From assembly GCA_965204295.1 (NCBI GenBank), contig OZ241973.1:3437940-3501939 (forward strand): a DNA stretch of 64,000 nt, given 5' to 3'. Within the stretch, counting starts at the first letter, position 1, and each line of letters starts with the position of its first letter. The notes beneath the pieces were generated by a model. That model was not told the origin of the DNA, did not search any database, and was given only the letters and a program-made list of their open reading frames with translations. Position numbers and translations under genes: made by a program. Origin of the DNA: Rhizobiaceae bacterium. Its GTDB lineage: Bacteria > Pseudomonadota > Alphaproteobacteria > Rhizobiales > Rhizobiaceae. Positions 44,086 through 53,769 of the stretch are shown here, one piece after another.

Positions 44086-44886
44086 ATGGAAATTCTGAAA
44101 AGATTTGTAACGTCGCCGAAATTCGAAACGTTCGTCATCGCCGTGATCGTCGCAAACGCCGTCACCCTCGGTCTGGAAACCGGTAAATCGGTTCCGGACG
44201 GCATACGCCGCCTGCTCATGGTTCTTGACAGGGTATTCCTTGTCATCTTCACCGTCGAGATTGCGCTGAAGCTGATCGTTTTCCGCCTGAATTACCCGCG
44301 CGACCCATGGCGCCTGTTCGATTTAGCCATCGTGTCCATCGCCTGGATGCCCTCGACCGGCGCGTTCTCCATCCTTCGGGCGCTGCGTATCCTGAGAATC
44401 GTGCGCGTCGTCGGGATGGTCCCGTCCCTGCGGCGGGTCGTCGGCGGTCTTGTGGCCGCCCTGCCCGGCATGGGCTCGATTGTCGGTCTGTTGGCGCTGG
44501 TCTTTTACATATTCTCGGTCATGGCGACCAAACTGTTCGGCGCAGCGTTTCCCGAATGGTTCGGCGGCATAGGCGCGTCAGCCTACTCGCTGTTCCAGAT
44601 CATGACGCTGGAAAGCTGGTCAATGGGGATCGTCCGGCCGGTCATGGAGACATTCCCTCACGCCTGGCTGTTTTTCATACCGTTCATAGTCTCGACGACA
44701 TTCACGGTGTTGAACCTGTTTATCGGCATTATAGTGGCCGCCATGCAATCCGAACACGACAAAGCGGCCGCGGAGCAGCGCGAAGCGCTGCACTCCGATC
44801 AGGAAACGATAATCTCCGAGATCAGGGCCCTTCGCGAGGATATCGCGGCAATGCGCCAACACCTCCCGCCAGGTCGGGACGGCTGA
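44086..44886 (+). CDS. Bacterial voltage-gated sodium channel (BacNav/NaChBac family)
   Basis: Six TM segments. S4 has Arg at every third position (LRALRILRIVRVV), the selectivity filter is FQIMTLESWSMGIVRP, and there is a C-terminal coiled coil. The start is set to MEILKRF. Confidence 0.85.
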   Translation: MEILKRFVTSPKFETFVIAVIVANAVTLGLETGKSVPDGIRRLLMVLDRVFLVIFTVEIALKLIVFRLNYPRDPWRLFDLAIVSIAWMPSTGAFSILRALRILRIVRVVGMVPSLRRVVGGLVAALPGMGSIVGLLALVFYIFSVMATKLFGAAFPEWFGGIGASAYSLFQIMTLESWSMGIVRPVMETFPHAWLFFIPFIVSTTFTVLNLFIGIIVAAMQSEHDKAAAEQREALHSDQETIISEIRALREDIAAMRQHLPPGRDG

Positions 44887-44979
44887 ATGGCCACCGACCG
44901 GCGCCGGTAGGATTTTCGATGCGCTTCTCAAGGTGCCGGAACAAAGGCTCGCATTGGCGGCGAACCCGGGTGAGCCGTT

Positions 44980-45825
44980 TCAATCGAGAATTTCGGTCGC
45001 AAACCGGCTATCGATCAGTTCTTCCTCGACCAGAACATAAATATCCTCCGGCGGCGTCATCAAACCGTGGCGCATGATTCCGGGATCGACGCCCATTTCA
45101 ATGAGGTGGGCCATCGTCCTTCCCTGATTTTGCTGGATCGATTCAACGGCGAAGAAAACCGGCATATACCCCGGAGTTTCATAGTAATGCTGGTGCAGAC
45201 CCAGTGCGCCCCGCAGAGACACCCTGCGCTCCAGGCCGCCCGCGAAGGCATAGGGGCAGGAAGACATACAGGCCATCCCCGCCGGAACAAGCGTGTCGAA
45301 CTCGCGTTCGCGCAACAACAGACCGATCCGCAGGGCTTCTTCGACGATGCCGCCCGGACTGTTGATCGCCAGAAGGGCCGGATAATTCTTCTCACCGTCA
45401 AGGAACGCCGTCAAGCGCCGCGCGTCTCCGATTTCGATCTTTCCATTCAGAAGCAGGATTCGTCCAAAGCCCGGGTGCTCCTCGATCGAGAAATTCAGCC
45501 GACTCGGCAGTTCCAACGGAAGTTCGATACCCGGGACGTCAACCGGTCGAGAGAACCTTGGAAGAGGTTTCGACGGCTCGTAGCGGCGCACCTGATCGCC
45601 GGGGGCGACGGGGGATGCGGGGCTTTCCTCATCCCGTGACGGATCCGTTCTCCAGCGCGCATCCCGATCCGTCAGAAGCATCAGGCCGGCGATGATACAT
45701 TGCAGAACAAGGACCGCCTTCAGGCCCCGCGCGATTGAAAAACCGCCCGGTCCGCCGGCCACACCCTTCATTGCCCACCCAAACCGATGTCCGGGTCCAT
45801 TATTTCGACGGACGATCATCTTCAT
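44980..45825 (-). CDS. Hypothetical membrane-anchored periplasmic protein (ClpP/SppA-like fold suspected)
   Basis: One N-terminal TM segment. The C-terminal region has an LLAINSPGGIVEEAL segment resembling ClpP-class/COG3904 proteins. Confidence 0.5.
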   Translation of the reverse strand: MKMIVRRNNGPGHRFGWAMKGVAGGPGGFSIARGLKAVLVLQCIIAGLMLLTDRDARWRTDPSRDEESPASPVAPGDQVRRYEPSKPLPRFSRPVDVPGIELPLELPSRLNFSIEEHPGFGRILLLNGKIEIGDARRLTAFLDGEKNYPALLAINSPGGIVEEALRIGLLLREREFDTLVPAGMACMSSCPYAFAGGLERRVSLRGALGLHQHYYETPGYMPVFFAVESIQQNQGRTMAHLIEMGVDPGIMRHGLMTPPEDIYVLVEEELIDSRFATEILD

Positions 45826-47083
45826 GCACGCGCCGCAGGATTTCCGCGTCCGCGTCGCCCATCGACGCCTCGACCTCCTTCATCGCATTGATCGCCGCCT
45901 TGAGGTCGGCAAGCGTCAATGTTTCCTCAATGCCGAGACCGTCGCGACCGTTCCGTATTGCGACCTGAGTAATCGCCAGGACGAAAACAAGGATGGCCGG
46001 CAGGAGGTCGATTGCGATCGCGCCAGCCCAGGAAGGCACGAAATTGCCGGCATATCGGATAACCGCGTCCGCGCTCGTGACAGGGTTATACGCCGTCTCC
46101 TGAGGCGGCTCCATCGCAAGAACTTCCACAGCCGCCCGCCGCAACGTCTGGCTGCGTTGATCGAGCGCGCCGAGAACCGACGCGATGGTCGAGCCCTGCG
46201 CGTCCCGGATCGTGGATGTTCTACCATCGAGTTCCGGCAGGACCACGGATGCAGGCAGGTCTTCCGCCGCACGTGCGACGAGCGATGCGACCGAATATTG
46301 GTTCAGGTTGGAAATCACCCCGGCCAGACGAACACTTTCCTCGGAAAAAGCGACCGATCTTTGCTCCACCGGCCCCGGCGCGACCGTAAGCGCGCGCATT
46401 CGGCCCAAATTTTCGTTGCCCCGGTCGTAGGCGGTGGCAATCAACTGCTGTTGCTTGGTTATGAGACCGCCCAGGCTGCCGAGTTCCTCCGTTTTCTGCC
46501 GCAACACGCGATAGACGGCCCCCTCCCCGGCCGTCCCGGACAATTCGCCGGATTTTTCCTGTTCGGCGAGCGCCGCGAAGGCCTCCTGAGCCCTCTGGAC
46601 CTCGCGACCGAGGGTTTGACCGGCAAGCGCGATGTCGTGGGCCTGCTCCAGAGCGGCCTGATAATCACGAACGGTGTTTTCGAGATGCTGCTCAACCGCG
46701 GCCGAGCCGGCCAGCGCCGCCGCGTTCAGCCAACTCGACATGGCCACGATGGCAAGCGAACCGACGATCGTTGAAATCGTGAGGCCGATGAATCCGCTCG
46801 AACTCCGCATCGAAGGGAGCAGCCGGAGCATGTAGCTCCAGAACACGAATATCCCGACGGATACCGCCGCCGAATAGGCGACCGCGGCGAAGAACGTCAT
46901 CGCCCCCGTATCCTCCAGCAAAGTGGACACGCCGAGATACGTATAGATTCCCGAAGCGACGGCCAGCACTCCAAGCGCCGCAGGCGTGAACGTCTCCAAC
47001 CACGCCAGATGCCCCTCAAGTTCTTTGGCCGTGCGAAGCCCTTTGGTCTCGGACGCGGTCAGCGGCCGGTCGTTTCCGCTCAC
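45800..47083 (-). CDS. Hypothetical membrane protein with central coiled-coil region
   Basis: 427 aa. About 4 N-terminal TM helices, a long Ala/Gln/Glu-rich helical segment, and a C-terminal TM helix. It overlaps the downstream gene by 26 nt. Confidence 0.55.
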   Translation of the reverse strand: MSGNDRPLTASETKGLRTAKELEGHLAWLETFTPAALGVLAVASGIYTYLGVSTLLEDTGAMTFFAAVAYSAAVSVGIFVFWSYMLRLLPSMRSSSGFIGLTISTIVGSLAIVAMSSWLNAAALAGSAAVEQHLENTVRDYQAALEQAHDIALAGQTLGREVQRAQEAFAALAEQEKSGELSGTAGEGAVYRVLRQKTEELGSLGGLITKQQQLIATAYDRGNENLGRMRALTVAPGPVEQRSVAFSEESVRLAGVISNLNQYSVASLVARAAEDLPASVVLPELDGRTSTIRDAQGSTIASVLGALDQRSQTLRRAAVEVLAMEPPQETAYNPVTSADAVIRYAGNFVPSWAGAIAIDLLPAILVFVLAITQVAIRNGRDGLGIEETLTLADLKAAINAMKEVEASMGDADAEILRRVHEDDRPSK

Positions 47084-47447
47084 TCGTTCCTCCTTTCAAA
47101 CCACAGCCTTTTGCACCTTCCGCGTCACTGAACCCCACTAGCCCGCCCCCTGTTGAGGGTCAAGCCTGAGCGGAGCCTGTTTTCTTTCTGGCCGCCATCA
47201 TTCGGCTTCGCGAGCGATGGACGCAGCTTTTCGGGGTGCCTCGCGCGGTCACGCCGCCTTCGGGTGTTTCCGTTCGCCTTGAGAGCGATCAAACCACCTT
47301 CAACTGCCGTGTAATCCGTTTCTTCCAACCAAATGAAAAACATCGACTTTTAATGCGTATCGATTCGAGCGAGTGCAGAGGGAACGGGGCTCTTTCGCGC
47401 CGGCGCCGGCCACCCCGGCGAAAATCCGCGAGTCGGGACCGGATCGC

Positions 47448-48263
47448 TCAAATGGTCATCGGTTCCGCCGGCGTGGGGGCCTGCCCGTCATACCCTCCCC
47501 ACACCGACTGATCGAACTGAATGACGGAACCGGTCATCATGCCGCTGTCCTCCGATGCGAGAAAGGCCACGGCCATCGCCACCTCGTCCGGCTCCAGTAG
47601 GCGTCCAAAGGGAAGCGTCGCGGCCTGCCTGTCGATGAAGGCCGGATCGCCGGTCTCGCCGGATTGCACGGCGCGTTCGTTGTCCGAGTTCATCCAGCCG
47701 ATGTCGAGCTGATTTACTCGGATCCGGTTGCGCATCAACGCAAAGCCGGCATTGCGGGTCAGGGTCGATAGCGCGCCCTTGGAGGCGCAATACGGCGCAA
47801 TTAAGGGTTGTCCGGCCCGCGACGAGGTCGACCCGATGTTCACGATGGCTCCCTCGGCGCCGTCCCGGATCATCAGTCGAACGGATTTCTGCATGAGGAA
47901 AAAGGGCGCTCGCACATTGACCGCGAACATACGGTCGAAGAGCTCCGGCGTCGTGTCGAGGAGATTGCCGCGGTCGCTCAGCCCGGCGGCGTTGACGAGG
48001 ATATCGACACGCCCGAAGGCGTTGTCCGCCGCTTCGATAACGGCCCGGCAATCGGTCACTTTCGCAAGGTCGGCCGTCACGAATTTGACTGGAACGTCAT
48101 GCTCGCGCGCTATGCCGGCGGCAACCGCTTCACCTTTGCCGGTGGAGCGTCCGCAGGTCAGGATACCGGCCGCGCCCGCCATCGCGAACCGACGCGCAAC
48201 GGCGGCGCCAAGGCCCTGGGTTCCGCCGGTAACGACGGCGATCTTACCGTCCAGTCCGTTCAT
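47448..48263 (-). CDS. SDR family oxidoreductase
   Basis: MNGLDGKIAVVTGGTQGLG nucleotide-binding motif and YCASK catalytic motif. The start is at the internal ATG at 48263. Confidence 0.85.
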   Translation of the reverse strand: MNGLDGKIAVVTGGTQGLGAAVARRFAMAGAAGILTCGRSTGKGEAVAAGIAREHDVPVKFVTADLAKVTDCRAVIEAADNAFGRVDILVNAAGLSDRGNLLDTTPELFDRMFAVNVRAPFFLMQKSVRLMIRDGAEGAIVNIGSTSSRAGQPLIAPYCASKGALSTLTRNAGFALMRNRIRVNQLDIGWMNSDNERAVQSGETGDPAFIDRQAATLPFGRLLEPDEVAMAVAFLASEDSGMMTGSVIQFDQSVWGGYDGQAPTPAEPMTI

Positions 48264-48392
48264 GTTCGCGCCTCCTGTGTCGGAATATATCATCCGAGCC
48301 GATTGTCCGGGTTCGCCTTGCGGTCGTCAGGCGGTATTCAGCCAAAGTCTTCACGAACCGGGCGCCGGTGTCGAAGGAGCGTGTCGCCGTAA
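48191..48392. repeat. Direct repeat copy A (~200 bp: first ~24 codons of the SDR gene plus its upstream region)
   Basis: Aligns by eye at roughly 85 percent identity with 51456..51656. Confidence 0.8.
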
Positions 48393-48422
48393 GCCGCCGG
48401 CAGACCGGGCCGCCCGACCGAC

Positions 48423-49199
48423 TCACGCCGCTTCGGCCTCGTACTCGGGCTGGGTCTTGGCGCCGGTGATGTAGGCGACGACATCCTGACCGTCAGTTTC
48501 CCTCTTCATGAGATTGGCGCAGATGCGCCCCCGCCGGAAAACCACGATCCGGTCGACGAGGTCCATCACCTGCCGCATGTTGTGGCTGATCAGAATCAGA
48601 GGTTCGCCCGCGTCCTTCAGCGCGCGGACGATGTTTTCCACTTGCGCGGTTTCCTGCACGCCGAGCGCCGCGGTCGGCTCGTCCATAATGGTGAGCTTGG
48701 AGTGGAAGGTCGCGGTGCGGGCGATGGCAACGCATTGTCGCTGGCCGCCGGACATGTTGCGGATCGTGTTCCTGATGTTGGGAATCTTCACCGCGGTCTT
48801 CTCAAGCCCCGCAAGCGTCGCCTCGCGCATCGCCTTGTAGTCCAGCAGGCGGAACGGGCCGAGCCAATCCCACCTGGTCTTCTCGCGCCCCAGAAACAGG
48901 TTGTCGGGAACATCGAGGTCGTCGGCCAGGGCGAGTGTCTGGAACACGGTTTCGATGCCCGCCTCGCGCGCATCGAGCGGACCGTGAAAATGCACCGGCT
49001 TGTCGTCGAAGATGATCTCGCCCCGCGTGCGCTGCTCGACCCCGGTGACCTGGCGCACGAAGGTCGACTTGCCCGCTCCGTTGTCGCCCATGATCGCTAC
49101 ATGCTCGTCCTTGCGCAGGGTGAAGTTCGCGCCATCCAGCGCATGCACGCCGCCGTAGTGCTTGGTCAGGTCGCGGGTTTCCAGGATGATGTCGCTCAT
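48423..49199 (-). CDS. Sugar ABC transporter ATP-binding protein
   Basis: Walker A GDNGAGKST, signature MSGGQRQ, Walker B IMDEPTAAL. Confidence 0.9.
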   Translation of the reverse strand: MSDIILETRDLTKHYGGVHALDGANFTLRKDEHVAIMGDNGAGKSTFVRQVTGVEQRTRGEIIFDDKPVHFHGPLDAREAGIETVFQTLALADDLDVPDNLFLGREKTRWDWLGPFRLLDYKAMREATLAGLEKTAVKIPNIRNTIRNMSGGQRQCVAIARTATFHSKLTIMDEPTAALGVQETAQVENIVRALKDAGEPLILISHNMRQVMDLVDRIVVFRRGRICANLMKRETDGQDVVAYITGAKTQPEYEAEAA

Positions 49200-49211
49200 G
49201 TTCGTTCTCCC

Positions 49212-50300
49212 TTATGCCCGCACCGCCGCGCGCCGCTGGCGCAACTGGTCGAGGACCACCGCGCCGATGATGATCGCGCCCATGGCCATCAGCTGATAGA
49301 AGGCGTCGAGCTTGACATAGGTGAACCCCGACTGGATGACGCCGAACACCATCGCGCCCAGCACGGTGCCAATGATCGAGCCGCGCCCGCCGGTCAAACT
49401 GACGCCGCCGATCACCGCCATGGCGATCGCGTAAAGCTCGTAGAATTGCCCCATGCCCGCCTGTGCGGTAAGGTTCTTGGAACTCAGAACAATGGCGGCG
49501 AAAGCCGCCAGCATCGAGGCGACCATGTAGACCAGCACCTTGTGGCGAGCGACGTTGATCCCCGACATCCGTGCGGCATCCTCGTTGGAGCCGATGGCGT
49601 AGGTGTGCTTGCCGTAGACGGTGTAGCGCATGATCAGGTGCAGGATGATCGCCAAGCCGATGAACCACACCACCGGCATCATGCCGGTGCCGATCCAGGC
49701 GTAGCCTTCGGTCGGGAACGAAACCGGCTGCCCCTTGGTCCACCACTGGGAAATTCCGCGGCAGACAAGAAACATTCCCAGCGTCGCGATGAAAGGCGGA
49801 ATGCGGGCGAAAGCGACGAAAAAACCGTTGATCGAGCCGATAAACGCGCCGAAACACAATCCGACGACAACTGGCGCGATCACCGGCAGATCGAAGGCCC
49901 AGGCGCCGAAGACGGCCTTGGGATTGGGCTGGCCGTTGACCAGTTCGGTCTGTGCGAACGACATCACGATCATCGCCGTGGCGCCAACCAGCGGGCCTGA
50001 CGACAGGTCGATCCCGCCCGAGATGATCACCTGCGTCACCCCAAGCGAGATGATCCCTATGATGGCGACCTGCAGGATGATGATCTTGATCCGCGCCATG
50101 TTCAGGATCGTGCCGTCGCGGTTGGTGTTGAAGTCGAAGAGCATGCTCTGGCCCCGCATGTAGGGCAATAGCTGGCCCAGCGCCTCGAACAGGAGGATGA
50201 TCAGAATAAGAGCCAGAAACACGTTGAATTCGTTGGGCCAGGCCCTTTTCGATTTGTCGAAGGTCAGCCCGCCAGTGCCGTGCGATGTCTGATCGGCCAT
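49212..50300 (-). CDS. Sugar ABC transporter permease (CUT2/ribose type)
   Basis: 362 aa polytopic, BPD_transp_2-like (GGIDLSSGPLVG). Confidence 0.85.
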   Translation of the reverse strand: MADQTSHGTGGLTFDKSKRAWPNEFNVFLALILIILLFEALGQLLPYMRGQSMLFDFNTNRDGTILNMARIKIIILQVAIIGIISLGVTQVIISGGIDLSSGPLVGATAMIVMSFAQTELVNGQPNPKAVFGAWAFDLPVIAPVVVGLCFGAFIGSINGFFVAFARIPPFIATLGMFLVCRGISQWWTKGQPVSFPTEGYAWIGTGMMPVVWFIGLAIILHLIMRYTVYGKHTYAIGSNEDAARMSGINVARHKVLVYMVASMLAAFAAIVLSSKNLTAQAGMGQFYELYAIAMAVIGGVSLTGGRGSIIGTVLGAMVFGVIQSGFTYVKLDAFYQLMAMGAIIIGAVVLDQLRQRRAAVRA

Positions 50301-50380
50301 GTTCGTTTCCTCTCAGGCGTTCACCGCCCAAATTCGCTTGGAATTCCGGAGCGGCGCAAGAGGCGCCGCTCCGGCCGGGC

Positions 50381-51325
50381 TCAGTTCTTGGCCAGGTAGT
50401 TGTCGATGTTGGCCGGAGTCACCAACTCGAAGGGGATATAGACCTTCTGTTCGACCTCTTCGCCGCGCGCAAGCTTCAGCGCGGCATCCAGCGCGCCCGA
50501 GCCCTGTCCGGCGGCGTTCTGGAACACCGTGACATCCAGGTCGCCCGCTTGCATCGCGGCCAGTGCGTCCTGGGTGGCATCCACGCCGCCCACGACGATG
50601 ACCTCCATGTCGAGCCCCGCGGCCTTCATTGCCTGGATGGCGCCGATGGCCATTTCGTCGTTATTGGCGAAGACGGCGTCGAACTCTTCGCCCGAGCTCA
50701 GCCAGTTGGTCATCAGGCTCGTGGCCTGTTCACGCGACCAATTGGCGGTCTGCTCGTCGATCAACGAGATAAAATTGCACATGTCGGTGCCGAGGATGTC
50801 ATGCACGTCCTTGGTGCGCTGCACCGCCGCTTGGTTTGAAAGCTCGCCCATCATAAGATAGGCTTTGGCGCCGCCTGCCTTGCCCTGGCTGCGCAGGATC
50901 TTGCAGATCTCGAAGGCCTCCAACGTGCCGGATTCGATCTCGTTCGACGCCACGAATGCCTGATTGTCGGGCAATGTGTCCACGTTGACCGGCTCGCGGT
51001 TCACGTACACCAGCGGAACGCCGGCGGACTCGGCGGCGGCGGTCATCGCTTGAGTGGCCGATGTGTCGACCGGGTTCACGATGATCGCGTCGACGCCGCT
51101 GGCGACGAAGTTGTTGATCTGGTCGAGCTGACGCGCCACGTCGTTCTGGGCGTCCTCAATCTGCACGTCCACATTATCCATGTCGTCGGCAAGCTCCTGG
51201 ATGCCGTTGCGCAGAACGGTCAGGAAATTGTCGTCGAACAGCGCCATTGACACGCCTATGGTCTCGGCCATGGCGGCCGTCGACATCATCGAGGCAAGGC
51301 CTGCGGCGATTAGGGTCTTTTTCAT
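50381..51325 (-). CDS. Sugar ABC transporter substrate-binding protein (CUT2 family)
   Basis: Signal peptide MKKTLIAAGLASMMSTAAMA and a periplasmic-binding-protein type I fold. The start is set to the internal ATG. Confidence 0.85.
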   Translation of the reverse strand: MKKTLIAAGLASMMSTAAMAETIGVSMALFDDNFLTVLRNGIQELADDMDNVDVQIEDAQNDVARQLDQINNFVASGVDAIIVNPVDTSATQAMTAAAESAGVPLVYVNREPVNVDTLPDNQAFVASNEIESGTLEAFEICKILRSQGKAGGAKAYLMMGELSNQAAVQRTKDVHDILGTDMCNFISLIDEQTANWSREQATSLMTNWLSSGEEFDAVFANNDEMAIGAIQAMKAAGLDMEVIVVGGVDATQDALAAMQAGDLDVTVFQNAAGQGSGALDAALKLARGEEVEQKVYIPFELVTPANIDNYLAKN

Positions 51326-51455
51326 GGTCATCCTCCTGTTGCGCGGGTGTCCGGCACACCCTTCAAGTAGCCGGAGTCGCCCCAAGGCTCGGGGCGGATA
51401 TCATCGCGCAGGTCACTCAGCATGGGCGAACGTACCTGCGCAAATGAATTGGTAT

Positions 51456-51528
51456 GACGCGCGACGGCGGCGCCAAGGCCCTGGGTTCCGCCTGTGACGA
51501 CGGCGGTCTTACCGTCCAGTCCGTTCAT
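51456..51528 (-). pseudogene. 5' fragment (~24 codons) of an SDR paralog
   Basis: MNGLDGKTAVVTGGTQGLGAAVAR is near-identical to the N-terminus of the SDR at 47448..48263, after which similarity ends. Confidence 0.75.
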
Positions 51529-51656
51529 GTTCGCGCCTCCTGCCGGGATATGACATCCGGGCCGATTATCGCGGTTCGCCCCGCGGCCGTCAGGCAATAT
51601 TCAGTCAAAACCTTCACGAACCATGTGCCGATGTCGAAGGAATGTGTCGCCATAAG
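51456..51656. repeat. Direct repeat copy B (~200 bp)
   Basis: Aligns with 48191..48392, in the same orientation. Confidence 0.8.
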
Positions 51657-51730
51657 TCATGGATTAATTTTGAACAAAAAGCGGCGACACGGCAACCCGC
51701 GCCGCCACGGATTTGAAGCTCGGAACCGTG

Positions 51731-52714
51731 TTATTTCACGCACGTGTCGACGTTCTCGTTGTCACACACATCAAGGCCGGTGTAGATCGGGTCATTAACC
51801 GACTTGCCCTCGGCGATCTCTTTGAGAATGTACATCGCCTTGTAGCCCATTTCATAGGGACGCTGGCCGACCAGACCGTTGCCCAGGCCGTCCCTGGTCT
51901 GCTCAAGCTGCATCGGCAGAGTGTCGGCGACCACGATGGTCATCTCGCCCGAATCCATCCTAGTCTTGTAGGGCTCGGCGGCCTTGCGATAAGCGTTGTC
52001 AAACCACTGGGTGAAGGCGCCGGTCGACAGGAAGGCCGTCAAATCCGGGTTCGCGGCCAGAATATCCGACATCCCCTGAACCGCGACGTTGCCATCGTCG
52101 TTGGTTACGAGTGGGCAACCGGCTATCTCGGTCCAGCCGCCTTCACCGGTCAGCGCGCTGCCGGGAGGCGTGCCGGTGTCCTTGCCGGCAAGCGTGTCCC
52201 TGGCGCCCTTCAAACGCTCATTGTGATTGGCGGCGGCCGCGCCGCCGGTTTGCAGGCAGATGGTGCCCCCATCGGCATGGCGGTCTTGTACGAGTTTGGC
52301 GAGATTTACACCGATGTCGTAGTTGTTGGTGCCGACATAGGTGGTGCGCAGACCCTTGTCTTCCTCAAGCAGGTCCGAATCCCACGTCATGACCGGAATA
52401 CCGGCGGCGGCGGCGGCCTTCAACACCTTGGCCATGGCGGGCGCGTTCGACGGCGCGACGGCAATTCCGTCGACTCCCTTGGTGATCAGATCCTGAACGA
52501 TCTGGATCTGCTCAAGTTCGGTATGCTCGCCGGGCCCGATATACTCGCACGTGACATCCGCCAGTTCTTCCTGAGCCTTGTAGCAGCCATCGCGAGCGAG
52601 ATCGAAGAACGGATTGTTCATCGCCTTCGGCACCAAGGCGAACGTGTAATCCGCCATCGCGGCCGCAGGAAACATTGCCGCCGCGACGATCGTGCTTGTA
52701 AGTAGTTTTTTCAT
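51731..52714 (-). CDS. Sugar ABC transporter substrate-binding protein (CUT2 family), second system
   Basis: Signal peptide MKKLLTSTIVAAAMFPAAAMA and a PBP type I fold. Confidence 0.85.
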   Translation of the reverse strand: MKKLLTSTIVAAAMFPAAAMADYTFALVPKAMNNPFFDLARDGCYKAQEELADVTCEYIGPGEHTELEQIQIVQDLITKGVDGIAVAPSNAPAMAKVLKAAAAAGIPVMTWDSDLLEEDKGLRTTYVGTNNYDIGVNLAKLVQDRHADGGTICLQTGGAAAANHNERLKGARDTLAGKDTGTPPGSALTGEGGWTEIAGCPLVTNDDGNVAVQGMSDILAANPDLTAFLSTGAFTQWFDNAYRKAAEPYKTRMDSGEMTIVVADTLPMQLEQTRDGLGNGLVGQRPYEMGYKAMYILKEIAEGKSVNDPIYTGLDVCDNENVDTCVK

Positions 52715-52752
52715 GGTGTCCTCCCAATTTGGACGGGTTGTGCGACGGCGGA

Positions 52753-53769
52753 TCAGTTGCCGCCGCGGTTACGGATCTGTTCCAGAAGAACTGCAATGAT
52801 CAGGAACAGACCAACGAAGAATTGCTGCCAAAGACTGTCTATGCCGGCAAGTAGAAGCGAGTTGCGTATCAGCTCCATCAGGGCCGCCCCGATGGGGGCG
52901 CCGACCGCGTAAACCACCCCGCCCATCAGATTGGCGCCGCCGATCACCGACGCCGCGATAACGTTAAGTTCCTGAGTGACGCCGATGCCGTTCGTCACCG
53001 AACCCGTATAGCCCACAAACATGAAAGCCGAAAGCCCGGTGCACATCGAGCACACGATATAGACCGAGACGATCACTCGTTCGACGGGAATGCCCGATAG
53101 CTTGGCTGCCTGCGGATTGCCGCCGATGGCCAATACCCAGCGACCCCAGGTCGAATACCGCCACACCCACCAGAACAGTGCGGTCATCACGATCAGCACC
53201 CAGACCACGTTCGGCACACCAAGCATGCTTTCGCCGCCGATCCATTCGAACAGATCCTGATCGGGACCGAATTCGTAGATCATCTTGTTGTTTGACACGA
53301 CCATGGCCAGAGACCTTGCGATCGCAAGCATGCCGAGCGTGGTGACAAACGGCGCAAGTCGCAGATAAGCAATGAGCACTCCGTTGACGCAGCCGATCGC
53401 GGCAGCCGTCAGCATGCAGGCGATGAATCCGAATTCGATCCCCCAGCCGGCCTGCATCACCAAACCAAGCACGATTCCGCTTAGCGCCATCAGCGAGCCC
53501 ACGGAAAGGTCGATACCCGCCGTACAGATCACTGCGGACATGCCGAGCGCCATAATTCCGAAGAAGGCGAAATTGCGGGTAATATTGAAGAAATTCCGCT
53601 CGGTCAGAAACGCCTCCGAGACGAATGTCATGACCAGCCCGATAGCGAGGATGGCGATGAAGACCCAGAATGGCTGGGTGCGCACGATCGCCTGTAGACC
53701 GGTCATCTCCTGCCGTGAGGTGACACTCTCGTCTATTTCGGCGTGGAATTGTCGTGTTTGATCCGTCAT
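52753..53769 (-). CDS. Sugar ABC transporter permease, second system
   Basis: Polytopic with a GIDLSVGS motif. The start is set to the ATG that forms an ATGA overlap with the upstream ATPase stop. Confidence 0.85.
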   Translation of the reverse strand: MTDQTRQFHAEIDESVTSRQEMTGLQAIVRTQPFWVFIAILAIGLVMTFVSEAFLTERNFFNITRNFAFFGIMALGMSAVICTAGIDLSVGSLMALSGIVLGLVMQAGWGIEFGFIACMLTAAAIGCVNGVLIAYLRLAPFVTTLGMLAIARSLAMVVSNNKMIYEFGPDQDLFEWIGGESMLGVPNVVWVLIVMTALFWWVWRYSTWGRWVLAIGGNPQAAKLSGIPVERVIVSVYIVCSMCTGLSAFMFVGYTGSVTNGIGVTQELNVIAASVIGGANLMGGVVYAVGAPIGAALMELIRNSLLLAGIDSLWQQFFVGLFLIIAVLLEQIRNRGGN

